Source: Salinispira sp.
GTDB taxonomy: Bacteria; Spirochaetota; Spirochaetia; DSM-27196; Salinispiraceae
Assembly: GCA_965226555.1 (NCBI GenBank)
Contig: CBDDDG010000010.1
Location: 96,001-160,000 of the forward strand
Direction of reading: 5' to 3'
DNA length: 64,000 nucleotides
Shown here: one piece after another, positions 1-10,139 of the stretch
Layout: each line of letters begins with the position of its first letter
How positions within the stretch are numbered: position 1 is the stretch's first letter
The notes under the pieces: generated by a model
What the model was told of the DNA's origin: nothing
Seen by the model: the letters and a program-made list of their open reading frames with translations, nothing else
The model's database searches: none
Made by a program: the position numbers and the translations under genes

Positions 1-459
1 ATTGAGGGTAATGAATTTGGAAGCAGTGTTGCCTTCGATGGAACAACAATAATTGTCGGAGCTCAGGGAAATTTTGATAATGGACCTACTACCGGCGCCG
101 CGTACATTTTTACCAAGATGACAGAATGGAGGCAGCAGACGAAACTCACTGCAACTGACGCGGCTACGGGCGATCAATTTGGAGCCAGTGTCGCTATTTC
201 TGGAAACACCGCAATTGTCGGAGCACATAAGAATAATGCTGCCGGAGAAAGCTCCGGCAGCGCCTACGTTTTTACCCGAGGAAGCGATGGACTGTGGCGC
301 CGGCATGATAAGATGCTTGCTCCCGACGCGGCTGCAGGTGATACCTTTGGAACCAGTGTTGCCTTCAATGGAGAGACGGCAATTGTCGGAGCGCCGTTGA
401 CTGATGATGTTGGGAGCAAGTCCGGCAGCGCCTATCTCTTTTCCCAGCGCGAGCAGTAG
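1..459 (+). CDS. FG-GAP repeat (integrin-like beta-propeller) surface protein, 3' part; the frame is open from base 1
   Basis: Three repeats of the type DxFGxSVAxxGxTxxVGA...SGSAYxF; frame 1 reads without a stop from base 1 into the 118..459 ORF. Confidence 0.85.
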   Translation: MEGNEFGSSVAFDGTTIIVGAQGNFDNGPTTGAAYIFTKMTEWRQQTKLTATDAATGDQFGASVAISGNTAIVGAHKNNAAGESSGSAYVFTRGSDGLWRRHDKMLAPDAAAGDTFGTSVAFNGETAIVGAPLTDDVGSKSGSAYLFSQREQ

Positions 460-468
460 GAGTAGTAG

Positions 469-545
469 GCGAATTCAATGGTGATATCTCCGGCTGGGAT
501 GTCAGTTCGGTAACGAATATGTTTACGAGTTCCGGCGTGGCAGCC
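469..545 (+). pseudogene. Remnant of a DUF285/BspA-like repeat gene
   Basis: Reads EFNGDISGWDVSSVTNMFTSSGV, matching repeat units and the terminal MFxxSGV motif of the genes at 31396 and 44079; no start codon. Confidence 0.75.
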
Positions 546-585
546 TGGAAATTGTGCTTGCACAATTTTCCAATGCAAAACTTTG
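545..585. repeat. Dispersed palindromic repeat, long form (partial)
   Basis: ctggaaattgtgcttgcacaattttccaatgcaaaactttg; abuts the queA stop codon. Confidence 0.85.
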
Positions 586-1713
586 TTACAGAAACAGGCA
601 GGCATCACCATAGCTGAAAAAACGATAGCCCTCTTTTATCGCTTTTTCATACAGCGATAAAATGGTTTCCCTTCCGGCGAAGGCGCTGACAAGCATAAGA
701 AGTGTCGATTCCGGTGTATGAAAATTGGTGAGGAGGGCATCGACTGCCCCAAAGGTGTAGCCGGGATAGATAAAAAGATCGGTTCTGCTCCTGCCCGGAA
801 CTATGCGCCTTCCATTCCATGCCGCTTCGAGGGTGCGCAGGGATGTTGTTCCTACCGCGAGTATCGCCTTGCCTGAATGTTTATGCTCTGTAATAAGATC
901 TGCGGTGTCTTCATCAATTTCATATTCTTCACTATGCATTGTGTGTTCCCGCAGATCATCGCTGCGGATCGGCAGGAAGGTTCCCAAACCGACATGCAGG
1001 GTTATTTCACAATGACGGATACCCCGTTCCCTCAGTTTCTCAAGCACAGAATGGCTGAGATGGAGGCCTGCCGTTGGAGCTGCTACTGATCCTGTTTTCG
1101 ATGCGAAAATTGTCTGATAATCCTGCTCATCGCTGGAATGAGCTTCACGGCGGATATACGGAGGAAGAGGAACGCTTCCGTGGGCTGCAAAGTAATCTGC
1201 CCCGACAGGGCGGCTGAGCAGGAGAACCTTCAGAGCGGGATGCCCCGCACTGCTGTTTTCCACAATTTCAGCCCGCAAATTATCAGGTAAGGTATAGGAA
1301 GTGCCCGGAACCTGACTCCGTGCCTTGCGTGCCATGACCTGCCAGTATCTACTGGACTGTCCCTGATCTAACACCGCAAAGCCTTCGGTAAGCGGTTGGA
1401 GAAATATGAATTCAACTCGGTCGCCTTGCGGGTCGTTTTGACGGGCGCCTTGCGGGGCGCTTTGCTGGTCGTTTTGACGGGCGCCGCTTCCCTTTCTTTG
1501 CCGATCCGCATATATTCTGGCTTTGCGCACAAAACTATTGTTCACAACAATGAGTGTTTCAGAACTGAGAATTTCCGGTAAATGTGAAATATGCCGATGC
1601 TGCACGGCACCCGAACTTCGCGAATATACCAACAAGCGGGAATGCCCCCTGTTCAGCGGTTTCTGGGCAATGAGTTCGGGAGGCAGATCAAAATAGTAGT
1701 CTTTGGTCTTCAT
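586..1713 (-). CDS. queA: S-adenosylmethionine:tRNA ribosyltransferase-isomerase
   Basis: [50 protein letters not shown] motifs; start at MKTKDY with a GGGAG SD. Confidence 0.97.
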   Translation of the reverse strand: MKTKDYYFDLPPELIAQKPLNRGHSRLLVYSRSSGAVQHRHISHLPEILSSETLIVVNNSFVRKARIYADRQRKGSGARQNDQQSAPQGARQNDPQGDRVEFIFLQPLTEGFAVLDQGQSSRYWQVMARKARSQVPGTSYTLPDNLRAEIVENSSAGHPALKVLLLSRPVGADYFAAHGSVPLPPYIRREAHSSDEQDYQTIFASKTGSVAAPTAGLHLSHSVLEKLRERGIRHCEITLHVGLGTFLPIRSDDLREHTMHSEEYEIDEDTADLITEHKHSGKAILAVGTTSLRTLEAAWNGRRIVPGRSRTDLFIYPGYTFGAVDALLTNFHTPESTLLMLVSAFAGRETILSLYEKAIKEGYRFFSYGDACLFL

Positions 1714-2773
1714 TATCTCCCGCCTTTCCGTTTTTTTCATCTGCTTCCGCGCTTCGCGGCGCATGCCCGGCCTGTCCGCGTTCAGGATGTTCAAGTCCAA
1801 GTTGTGCGTATGCTCTTTCGGTTACCGTACGGCCCCGCGGAGTTCTCATAAGAAAGCCCTGCTGAATGAGGTACGGTTCATGAAAATCTTCGAGGGTATC
1901 AATTGATTCGCCAATGGAGATGGCCAGCGTTTCTCCTCCGACAGGTCCGCCGGAATAATTGGTGATAATATTATTCAAAATATCTCTGTCCTGTTTTGTA
2001 AGCCCATCTTCATCAATGTCCAGACGATTGAGCCCCTCATTGATTATCTCATCATCAATTTTTCCCTGTCCGAGAATATCCGCAAAGTCCCGCATACGCC
2101 GGAGAAGCCGGTTGGCAATACGCGGAGTTCCCCTGCTGCAGCGAGCCAGATGCTCAATAGATTCATGCGTTATGGAAACATCCAGTATCTCGGCCGATCT
2201 TTGAATAACATCCGCAAGCTCAGCATTGTTGTAGAGCTCAATACGAACATCAATACCAAAGCGGCTGTACAAGGGGCTTGCTACCTTCCCCGATTTCGTT
2301 GTTGCGCCAATAAGGGTAAAGGAAGGCAGGGGAATGCGCACATTTCGGGCGCCAGGCCCCTGACCGATAACCCAGTCGAGTTCCCGGTCTTCCATGGCGA
2401 TGTAGAGCATTTCTTCGATAATCGGTTTCAACCGGTGAATTTCATCAATAAAAAACACTGAACCGTTCTCAAGAGTGGTCAGCATTCCTGCCAAATCTTT
2501 CGGCTTATCGAGAACCGGGGCGGCTGTTACTCTGAAATCGACTCTGAGTTCCTGCGCGACAATACCCGCAAGAGTGGTTTTACCAAGTCCCGGGGGACCA
2601 GACAGGAATAGGTGATCAAGAGTTTCTCCCCGCTTTCGTGTTGCCTCAATGAATATCTTCAGGTTCTCTTTTATGCTCTGCTGCCCCTGAAAATCGGCAA
2701 GACGGCGGGGGCGCAAGTGGTTCTCGAAAATCTTTTCATCGCCCGCCTTATCGGCATCATAGGAAAAATCCAT
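1688..2773 (-). CDS. ruvB: Holliday junction branch migration helicase RuvB
   Basis: [45 protein letters not shown]. Confidence 0.98.
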   Translation of the reverse strand: MDFSYDADKAGDEKIFENHLRPRRLADFQGQQSIKENLKIFIEATRKRGETLDHLFLSGPPGLGKTTLAGIVAQELRVDFRVTAAPVLDKPKDLAGMLTTLENGSVFFIDEIHRLKPIIEEMLYIAMEDRELDWVIGQGPGARNVRIPLPSFTLIGATTKSGKVASPLYSRFGIDVRIELYNNAELADVIQRSAEILDVSITHESIEHLARCSRGTPRIANRLLRRMRDFADILGQGKIDDEIINEGLNRLDIDEDGLTKQDRDILNNIITNYSGGPVGGETLAISIGESIDTLEDFHEPYLIQQGFLMRTPRGRTVTERAYAQLGLEHPERGQAGHAPRSAEADEKNGKAGDNEDQRLLF

Positions 2774-2788
2774 ATCACCTTAACTCAC

Positions 2789-3403
2789 TCAACTCAGCTC
2801 AACTATGGCTTGGCGAAGTATTTCACCTTCATTGGATGTTTCTGCTGCGGAAAGTACCTGCGCAAGAGCTCTGGCTGCGGCCTTCCGTTCGAAACCCATG
2901 GCAACAAGCGCCTGAACGAGGTGTTCCCCGCCGCGCTCCCTGCCTTCTCCTGCCGCAGGCGATTCTGCGGATGACAATGGAGAATCGCTCAGAATAGCAT
3001 CGATACTGTCTTTGAGCGAAAGAATAATTTTCTTTGCGCCCTTTGCCCCAATTCCCGGAAGACTGGTAAGAAAGCCCTCATCTTCCCGGGCAATTGCCGA
3101 AAACAGTTCCGGCGGTCTGCTCATACCCAGTATCTTCATGCTCTGTTTCGGGCCAATACCGTTTACCTTGTTCAAAAGCAGAAAGCACCTGCGTTCATCA
3201 AGTCCCGAAAAGGCATAGAGACACATGATATCTTCCCGATGATGGAGCCAAGTATAGACCCGGCAGCTTTCGGTTTTTCTGGATTCAATATCCCTGAATG
3301 TATGCAGGGATATTTCCATTTCCCATGCCACACCGGATGAATCTTCGATTACCACCGAGTGCTCTGAAAGATAGATCATCTGCCCACGAATTGAATATAT
3401 CAT
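2789..3403 (-). CDS. ruvA: Holliday junction branch migration protein RuvA
   Basis: HREDxxxLY, VNGIGPK, LPGIGAKGA, ALVAMGF; lies between ruvC and ruvB. Confidence 0.96.
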   Translation of the reverse strand: MIYSIRGQMIYLSEHSVVIEDSSGVAWEMEISLHTFRDIESRKTESCRVYTWLHHREDIMCLYAFSGLDERRCFLLLNKVNGIGPKQSMKILGMSRPPELFSAIAREDEGFLTSLPGIGAKGAKKIILSLKDSIDAILSDSPLSSAESPAAGEGRERGGEHLVQALVAMGFERKAAARALAQVLSAAETSNEGEILRQAIVELS

Positions 3404-3909
3404 GATACTATTATTTCAGAAAAATGCCCTTCCTGCCAGACGCAGTAGGCCGCTGCAAGGGCATCTGCGGCATGATCGCTTTCAGGAGGAGCCGCCAGAC
3501 CGAGAAGAAACTTCACCATCTGCTGAATTTGTTGCTTTTCCGCATTGCCCACACCGGTAATGCGTTGCTTGATCTGGGGCGGAGAAAAGGAATGTACAGG
3601 AATTCCCCGTTCTCCGCAGGCAAGAAGAATTACCCCCCTCGCCTGAGCAACGGGAATAGCAGAGCGCACGTTCTTCGAAAAGAAAATACTTTCAATGCCG
3701 GCTGCTGCCGGATTCTGTTCCGCAAGGATTGTACTTACCGATTGATACAGGGACAGGAGCCGTTTTTCTTCCGGTTCTTCGGCAGAGCTTCGTATAATTC
3801 CATGAGTCCGATGCTTCACCCGAGAACCAGAGATGGAAATAACTCCGTAGCCGCTCACGGCAAGTCCGGGATCAAAGCCGATGATGAACTTCTCAAACTT
3901 CTCATCCAT
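3400..3909 (-). CDS. ruvC: Crossover junction endodeoxyribonuclease RuvC
   Basis: IGFDPGL, IESIFF, QARGV, TGVGNAEKQQ, DHAADALA. Confidence 0.97.
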   Translation of the reverse strand: MDEKFEKFIIGFDPGLAVSGYGVISISGSRVKHRTHGIIRSSAEEPEEKRLLSLYQSVSTILAEQNPAAAGIESIFFSKNVRSAIPVAQARGVILLACGERGIPVHSFSPPQIKQRITGVGNAEKQQIQQMVKFLLGLAAPPESDHAADALAAAYCVWQEGHFSEIIVS

Positions 3910-4019
3910 TCAGGGAGTTCCGAGGGCGCAGGCAACGTAGGCGGTGCAGGGGGTGCGGGCAACGCAGGCGGTTTCGGGAAGGAATTTTCAGGGGGTGCGG
4001 TTCGGTAATGGGAGCAGTT

Positions 4020-4757
4020 TTATCCATCAAAATTTTCCGGAATGCTCAGATTTGTGCTCACACTCTGTACGTCATCATTATCATCGAGCGTTTCAAGAAG
4101 CTTGATTGCCTTACGGGTTCCGTCATCATTCAGGGTGATGTAAGTATCCGGAATGCGGGTAATATCGGACGAGACAGGTGTAAAGCCCCCAGACTTCAGA
4201 CCATCGAGTACCGCCTCATATTGCTCCGGCTCCGTTATAATTTCCAGCGCATTTTCATCACTCAAAACATCATCTGCTCCAAGCTCCATGGCCTTTTCCA
4301 AGAGATTGTCTTCATTGGTATTGTCAGCTTCGAAGGTAATAATGCCTCGGCGTTTGAAGAGATAGGCAACGCAGCCGTTCTCACCGAGGTTACCGCCGGC
4401 CTTGTTGAAAATTGAGCGTACATCTGCCGCGGTGCGGTTCTTATTATCGGTGAGTGTTTCAACCATAACGGCAACACCGCCGGGTCCATAGCCCTCGTAC
4501 ATATTTTCAAAAAAATCGGCGGCATCCAATTCGCCAATACCCTTTTTAATTGCCCGTTCAATGTTATCCTTCGGCATATTAGCGGAGCGAGCCTTGAGTA
4601 CGGCAGCGCGTAATCGGGGGTTTACATCCATATCGCCACCTCCAAGCTTCGCTGCAACCGATATTTCTTTTATGATTTTCGCAAACACTTTGCCGCGCTT
4701 TGCATCGGCGGCGCCTTTCTTATGTTTGATAGTTGACCATTTGCTGTGACCTGACAT
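4020..4757 (-). CDS. yebC: YebC/PmpR family protein
   Basis: MSGHSKWSTIKHKK, YEGYGPGG, LTDNKNRT. Confidence 0.97.
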   Translation of the reverse strand: MSGHSKWSTIKHKKGAADAKRGKVFAKIIKEISVAAKLGGGDMDVNPRLRAAVLKARSANMPKDNIERAIKKGIGELDAADFFENMYEGYGPGGVAVMVETLTDNKNRTAADVRSIFNKAGGNLGENGCVAYLFKRRGIITFEADNTNEDNLLEKAMELGADDVLSDENALEIITEPEQYEAVLDGLKSGGFTPVSSDITRIPDTYITLNDDGTRKAIKLLETLDDNDDVQSVSTNLSIPENFDG

Positions 4758-4758
4758 A

Positions 4759-5373
4759 TTAATTCCCCTTCACTATATCCTGTATTCCCTGAAAACTGAA
4801 AGACTGAGACGGAACGGCATAGAGGAGATCAAGCCAGGCATCGGCAAGCACACCAACACCAATTGGCGCAATACCCAATACCATGTCCGCAACAGAATAC
4901 AGCGACACCCCATCCGGGAATTCAGGGAACATTCCACGTATCGGAAGAGTCGCATCCCGCTCAAGGCGTATTATCGGCTCTGCTGTTCCGCCAAAGAAAT
5001 TAGCAGATGAGTTGCCAGAGGAGTTAGCAGAGTCCCCGGGCGTATTTTTCGGGCGGAACACTGCCAGTATGTTCTGAAAAGGATTACTATTGCCGACAGC
5101 AGAATTATCGGCTTCAAGCACGGCCTCATCGGCAGGAGAAGTTCCCGTATCATTCCCGAGGGCATCTGTTTCATCTGCCGTCTGTTCTGTTATGTGGTTT
5201 GTTTTTTGGTTTGTTATTGGGTCTGCTGTCTGGTCGGGCGGCTGCTCGGCTGTCTGGTCTGCTGTCTGGTCGGGCGGCTGCTCGGGCGGCTGCTCGGTTT
5301 CGGCGATTGTCTCACATCCTCCCAGTATCGTAAGACATAACACACAAAGAAAACTGTACACATATTTCATCAT
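4759..5373 (-). CDS. Hypothetical lipoprotein with an EQPPDQTA low-complexity linker
   Basis: Signal peptide with lipobox ILGGC; ends 1 nt before the yebC start. Confidence 0.7.
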   Translation of the reverse strand: MMKYVYSFLCVLCLTILGGCETIAETEQPPEQPPDQTADQTAEQPPDQTADPITNQKTNHITEQTADETDALGNDTGTSPADEAVLEADNSAVGNSNPFQNILAVFRPKNTPGDSANSSGNSSANFFGGTAEPIIRLERDATLPIRGMFPEFPDGVSLYSVADMVLGIAPIGVGVLADAWLDLLYAVPSQSFSFQGIQDIVKGN

Positions 5374-5446
5374 ACCTCTATTCTAGCACAAAAAAACACA
5401 TTTTGTGAAATAATATAGAAGATTGATATTGACCGAAATTTGCGGG
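5368..5446 (-). repeat. Promoter/start region, copy 1 of a direct repeat (50 bp identical to 8041-8090; 21 bp identical to 8115-8135)
   Basis: Minus strand TTCACA-N18-TAGAAT-agaggt-ATGATG. Confidence 0.85.
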
Positions 5447-5502
5447 AATTTCAAAAATTGGATGACGACCCCGATTGCCCGGTAGCAGTCACCTGCTCCT
5501 GC

Positions 5503-6043
5503 TTATTCCGGTATTGAAAAATCATCATGATAAACCACTGACGCCAGCTTCACTGCCCCATTGGGGCATTCCCAGTAGTGAATATGAAGTTCCCTGTCGA
5601 TGTCCCTACGCCACGCCTTATAGGAACAGCGCTTACGTTGCGGACTATTCGCCCCACGGCTTTTTCGCAGGGCGTGCGTTGCCGAAAGATCAATACCCTT
5701 AACGGTTTTCACAATTGCCCGGAGTATTTTTCCCGGTACATTGCTTCCCCCGTCGGCGCAAATCTTCTGGCATAATTCCCTGAAATGAGACTCGATATCC
5801 GGAGGGCTTACCTCGCTCCAGTCGGGGGGATTGTCGGTCATAAGGTCGTGTTTGAACAGCGCGATACGGATGGCAAGTTCAATTCCGTGGTCATCGGAGG
5901 CTTTGGCAAGAATAGCCGATTCATCAAGACAATTAATAAGCCCCTGAAAATTATTGCAGACCAACGCATCGCCCTCAAAAAATTCCGGCGGGGGGAACAA
6001 CAAGCAGGCCCGCATCAATGGTAACGCCGGGCACATTACTCAT
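5503..6043 (-). pseudogene. Hypothetical partner of the AAA ATPase (defence-effector-like), apparently frameshifted or internally deleted
   Basis: An ATG overlapping the ATPase stop (SD GGAG) reads MSNVPGVTIDAGLLVVPP and then stops; the long ORF (5503..6036) is in another frame and ends ELHIHYW...ASVVYHDDF. Confidence 0.55.
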
Positions 6044-7986
6044 TGGGTTTTCTCCTGCCGATTCCGATTGGCCTTTCGCTTCTTTGTTGCCGCCATGAGG
6101 ATTTTTTCGGACTGCTCCTGCGACTGATCGAAAAATCCCTTCGGCCATTCCGAGATAGCACCATATTCGTTAATGCGCACCTCTCGAAAGGTCGAGCTTT
6201 CTGACGATTTTTCAACGAAATACATTTTGGTTTGATTGTTCAGCTCCTGTCCGGGAGGCGCCGCGGCAATGCGAAAGCGGAGGCGGTCAATGAGATATTC
6301 ACTATGAGTCTCAACAATGCACTGCTTGCCGCACAGAGCCATGGAAAGGAAAAAATCGCCCAGAAGTGTCTGAACCCGCGGGTGCAAATGCAGTTCCGGC
6401 TGCTCAAAAATGAGCGTGGCATCCGAATCTGCCAGCAGACACATTACAAGTATGGGTAAAACCTGACTGACCCCAACCCCAACATGAACGAGGTCGTGCA
6501 TGATATGTGAATGATCAAGCCCGACCTTTAATTCATACCCGTAATTCTCCCGCTTCCTGCTTTGTACCGAGTCGGCTAAGCCAAAATAGCGCAGCCAGTC
6601 AACAACCGCCTCTTCAAGAGTTTGTGTAATAGGTATCCGTTCCACCACCGTATCTGTAAAATTTGCTGACGGCATATATTGAATCATTTTGCCCTTATGC
6701 AGAGCGAGAATGGATGCGGTATGTTCACCGCGTATTCCGACATCGTAAGGAGAAAGAGATGGCGCCAATGGATACAAAAGCTTCGGAGCATCCCTCAAGG
6801 GCCCAAGGTATTTTAACGATGATGTGAAAAAATCGTCCAGATACCATGCGGATCTATTCAATAATTGAGGAGGCTTATCATGGAAGTATTCCAGCTTTTC
6901 TGAATCTTTACCTGCGGATTCCTTCATGGCAGCATAAATGCGATCATAAAGGTTCTGCTGTTCTCCTATTGCTTGCCGAATTTCCGACTGCTGTTTGGGA
7001 GTTAAGGAAGCTAACCGGTTATATAAACCTCGAAGTGTGATATTCGCAGAACCGGAAGCGCCGCGCCAGAGTTTATTCTCCGATTCCTTGTCCAAATTAC
7101 TATTACCTTTCAAAATTTCCCGCAGAACCGTAATGACTTCTTTAGAAAGAATAATGTTTCCATGACTTCGATGAAGGTTGCTGCGATATTCGCGATATTG
7201 TAATGCACCTGTGATGTATTTTGCCCGTTCTTCAATGGAATTGATGATGTATAGAATTTCTTCGGGCAGAAAATGCCTCAGCAGGCATCCGATGGGTTCT
7301 GCCGAGTGATGATCTTCCATGACATCCAGCATGGAGAATTCGTCCAATTCGACATTATAAGATAGAATGGTTGGAGGATTCTTAAGAAATTCTATCATTT
7401 CATCGTCATTAGTTTCTGCGCTATATTTGCTGAGATGATTGATGGAAATATCCGCACGGAAAATGTCCTTGTCTGGATCATCAAAATCAATATTCTCGTC
7501 TCCATGCACACAGGACAGCAGGGTAGCCAGAAGACGGGGCTGAACCTGAAGTTGATCGCGCTGGGGGCTTGAGGGATCGGCATCGAATGATATTTCGCAT
7601 GCAATTTCGTAGATATGGTTGGCAGATGGTCCATAATCCGTTGCGTTTTCATTTACCATAATGGAGGGTGAGCTCGCGCCATTCTGACTGGACAAGGAAT
7701 TATTCTGATTAGACGGACGACATGTCCACTTAATTGAAATGTGATCGACCTCGCTGCCGTTCGATTTCAGATCATCAAATTGCCCCAAATTGGTAATGTT
7801 TCCATTTAACACGATGGGAGGGGAACTCCCCTTGTGAGCCAATGTCTGCGCCACAAGCAGAATGGATTGTATGAAGCTACTTTTGCCGCTGTTGTTTGCT
7901 CCGGCAAAAATGGTCAGGGGACCGAGCATCAAGTGCGTTTCCTCACGAATGGATTTGAAATTACCGACTGTCCAATGTGTGATCAT
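6040..7986 (-). CDS. AAA_15/AAA_21-type ABC ATPase with a DUF3696-like C-terminus (defence-associated)
   Basis: NFKS, GANNSGKSS Walker A, YLGPLR, VGVGVSQVLPIL, EQPELHLHP, ETHSEY, WPKGFFDQ. Confidence 0.9.
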   Translation of the reverse strand: MITHWTVGNFKSIREETHLMLGPLTIFAGANNSGKSSFIQSILLVAQTLAHKGSSPPIVLNGNITNLGQFDDLKSNGSEVDHISIKWTCRPSNQNNSLSSQNGASSPSIMVNENATDYGPSANHIYEIACEISFDADPSSPQRDQLQVQPRLLATLLSCVHGDENIDFDDPDKDIFRADISINHLSKYSAETNDDEMIEFLKNPPTILSYNVELDEFSMLDVMEDHHSAEPIGCLLRHFLPEEILYIINSIEERAKYITGALQYREYRSNLHRSHGNIILSKEVITVLREILKGNSNLDKESENKLWRGASGSANITLRGLYNRLASLTPKQQSEIRQAIGEQQNLYDRIYAAMKESAGKDSEKLEYFHDKPPQLLNRSAWYLDDFFTSSLKYLGPLRDAPKLLYPLAPSLSPYDVGIRGEHTASILALHKGKMIQYMPSANFTDTVVERIPITQTLEEAVVDWLRYFGLADSVQSRKRENYGYELKVGLDHSHIMHDLVHVGVGVSQVLPILVMCLLADSDATLIFEQPELHLHPRVQTLLGDFFLSMALCGKQCIVETHSEYLIDRLRFRIAAAPPGQELNNQTKMYFVEKSSESSTFREVRINEYGAISEWPKGFFDQSQEQSEKILMAATKKRKANRNRQEKTQ

Positions 7987-8040
7987 AATTGCACTCCCAT
8001 GTATTGTAGATTATCGTAGATGTAGTCGCAAGCTCCACCG

Positions 8041-8135
8041 CATCATACCTCTATTCTAGCACAAAAAAACACATTTTGTGAAATAATATAATGGGATGAT
8101 ATTATGGGATATTAATATTGACCGAAATTTGCGGG
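8041..8135 (-). repeat. Copy 2 of the duplicated promoter/start region
   Basis: catcatacctctattctagcacaaaaaaacacattttgtgaaataatata is identical to 5368-5417. Confidence 0.85.
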
Positions 8136-8143
8136 GATCGTGG

Positions 8144-8168
8144 GTGGTGCACTTATGGTTGAATTCGC
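8144..8168 (+). repeat. Dispersed ~22-bp motif GCRCTTATGGTTGAATT(CGC)
   Basis: Also at 31177-31197, 50698-50723 and inverted at 58801-58827. Confidence 0.75.
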
Positions 8169-8279
8169 AAGGAATTTATCGGCGTGGTAGATTCGATGTT
8201 CGGAATTGTTATAGACTTTGACACGCTAATGAACCAGTTACAAAGAACAAAAGAACCGAGAGGTAAGGAGGTAGCAAAA

Positions 8280-8624
8280 ATGTTCAGAATGAATGCGGAA
8301 ACATTCAAAGCGCGCATTGCGGAGATGGGACGACAGGAAGGACTTCAGACAGGACGACAGGAAGGATTGCAGACAGGACGACAGGAAGGATTGCAGACAG
8401 GACGACAGGAAGGATTGCAAGAAGGACTTCAGACAGGTCGGCAGGAAGGATTGCAGACAGGACTTCAGACAGGTCGGCAGGAAGGCCGCGCTGAGGGGCA
8501 TATTGAGGAGCGGAGAAAAAACGCCCGCAGTATGTTTTCCAAAGGATTTTCAGCCCATGACATTCAGGATGTTACCGGGCTGAGCGATGAGGAAATGCGG
8601 ACAGTGCGGAACGGATCGCATTAA
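8280..8624 (+). CDS. Stand-alone Rpn C-terminal module (RpnS-like small protein) from a 5'-truncated Rpn gene (homology starts at 8169)
   Basis: Near-identical to 15915-16346; SD AAGGAGGT before ATG 8280; GRQEGLQT repeats; ends TGLSDEEMRTVRNGSH. Confidence 0.75.
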   Translation: MFRMNAETFKARIAEMGRQEGLQTGRQEGLQTGRQEGLQTGRQEGLQEGLQTGRQEGLQTGLQTGRQEGRAEGHIEERRKNARSMFSKGFSAHDIQDVTGLSDEEMRTVRNGSH

Positions 8625-8702
8625 TTGACGTTGCTCGGCCTGCTCGCCCAAGCAACCGGCTCGCCCATGCGTCTGGATCAGGTCAATATCTCAAAATAAT
8701 AA

Positions 8703-8760
8703 AACAAAGTTTTGCTACTGAAAATTGCCCAAGGCACAACTTTATCAATGCGAAAGTTTA
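8703..8760. repeat. Dispersed palindromic repeat, degenerate long form, upstream of murA
   Basis: aaagttttgctactgaaaattg...cacaactttatcaatgcgaaagttt. Confidence 0.6.
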
Positions 8761-8799
8761 GATATTGAAAAAAAACGAAGAACTGGATACTATCCGCCT

Positions 8800-10089
8800 A
8801 TGAGTCAATACATTATACGCGGCGGAAAAAAACTCCATGGGAATGTGAAAATCAGCGGAAACAAAAATGCCGCTCTTCCCTGTATCGCAGCCGCGATTCT
8901 CAGCGATGAACCAGTTATCCTGCGGAATGTTCCCCACATTGAAGATGTATTCGTTCTTACGGAAATACTCAGAAGCCTTGGCGGAAGGGTTCACAGCGAA
9001 CCTTCCCGCGGGGAAATGCATATTCACATGCCTACAATCAAAAAACACGAGATTGACCGAAATCTCTCTGAAAAAATCCGGGCCTCCGTACTCCTTGCTG
9101 GCCCCATGCTGGCCCGCAGCGGGAAAATTATTCTCCCTCCGCCCGGAGGCGACATTATCGGCCGCCGCCGGCTCGATTCACACTTCCAAGCCCTCCGCGG
9201 ACTTGGCGCAGATGTAACAATAGACGAAAATGATGAGCACTTCATATTTCAAACCGATGATCTCCATGGCGAAGATATTTTTCTGGATGAGGCATCGGTA
9301 ACCGCAACAGAAAATGCCATTATGGCAGCAGCTCTGGCAGAAGGAAGCACCATACTGAGAAATGCGGCATCCGAACCCCATGTGCAGGACCTCTGTACCA
9401 TGATCAATAGTATGGGGGGAGATATCAGCGGAATCGGAAGTAACATTCTCACTATCAGAGGTGTGAAAAAACTTCACGGAACAGAATTTACTATTGGTTC
9501 CGATTATATGGAGATCGGCTCCTACATTGGTCTTGCGGCAGTAACCGGAAGCGCGCTGCGTATCAATAACATTGAACCCCGGCATTTACGCATGATATCG
9601 ATGGGTTTTGCAAAGCTCGGCATTGGCTGGGAAACCGATCATAGCAGTATGTATGTACCCGACACGCAACTCATGAAGGTACAGCCCGACTCCGGCGGCG
9701 CAGTCTCAAAAATTGATGACGCCCCCTGGCCGGGATTTCCGCCAGATCTGCTCAGTATCATCCTTACCGTTGCCACTCAGGTCAGCGGAACTATTCTGAT
9801 CCATGAAAAAATGTATGAAAGCCGAATGTTCTTTGTGGATAAGCTCATACATATGGGCGCTCACATTGTTCTCTGCGACCCGCATCGGGCTGTTGTGAGC
9901 GGAGCGAGTCCGCTGCAGGGAACCCGCTTAGTCAGTCCCGATGTACGCGCGGGGATGGCCCTTGTTATTGCAGCCTTAGCGGCACGGGGAGAAAGCCGTA
10001 TCCAGAACATCTATCAAATTGAACGGGGCTATGAGAACCCCGTCGAAAAGCTCAGAAACATTGGAGCAGATATTCAGAAAACGGATTGA
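8800..10089 (+). CDS. murA: UDP-N-acetylglucosamine 1-carboxyvinyltransferase
   Basis: ISGNKNAALP, RASVL, PGGDIIGRR, SVTATEN, AASEPHV, WPGFPPDL, DVRAG, IERGYE. Confidence 0.97.
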   Translation: MSQYIIRGGKKLHGNVKISGNKNAALPCIAAAILSDEPVILRNVPHIEDVFVLTEILRSLGGRVHSEPSRGEMHIHMPTIKKHEIDRNLSEKIRASVLLAGPMLARSGKIILPPPGGDIIGRRRLDSHFQALRGLGADVTIDENDEHFIFQTDDLHGEDIFLDEASVTATENAIMAAALAEGSTILRNAASEPHVQDLCTMINSMGGDISGIGSNILTIRGVKKLHGTEFTIGSDYMEIGSYIGLAAVTGSALRINNIEPRHLRMISMGFAKLGIGWETDHSSMYVPDTQLMKVQPDSGGAVSKIDDAPWPGFPPDLLSIILTVATQVSGTILIHEKMYESRMFFVDKLIHMGAHIVLCDPHRAVVSGASPLQGTRLVSPDVRAGMALVIAALAARGESRIQNIYQIERGYENPVEKLRNIGADIQKTD

Positions 10090-10139
10090 CCAGCAAAAAA
10101 TCTGAAAAAAAACCGGCGCCGATTACTGCATTAGCAGCA

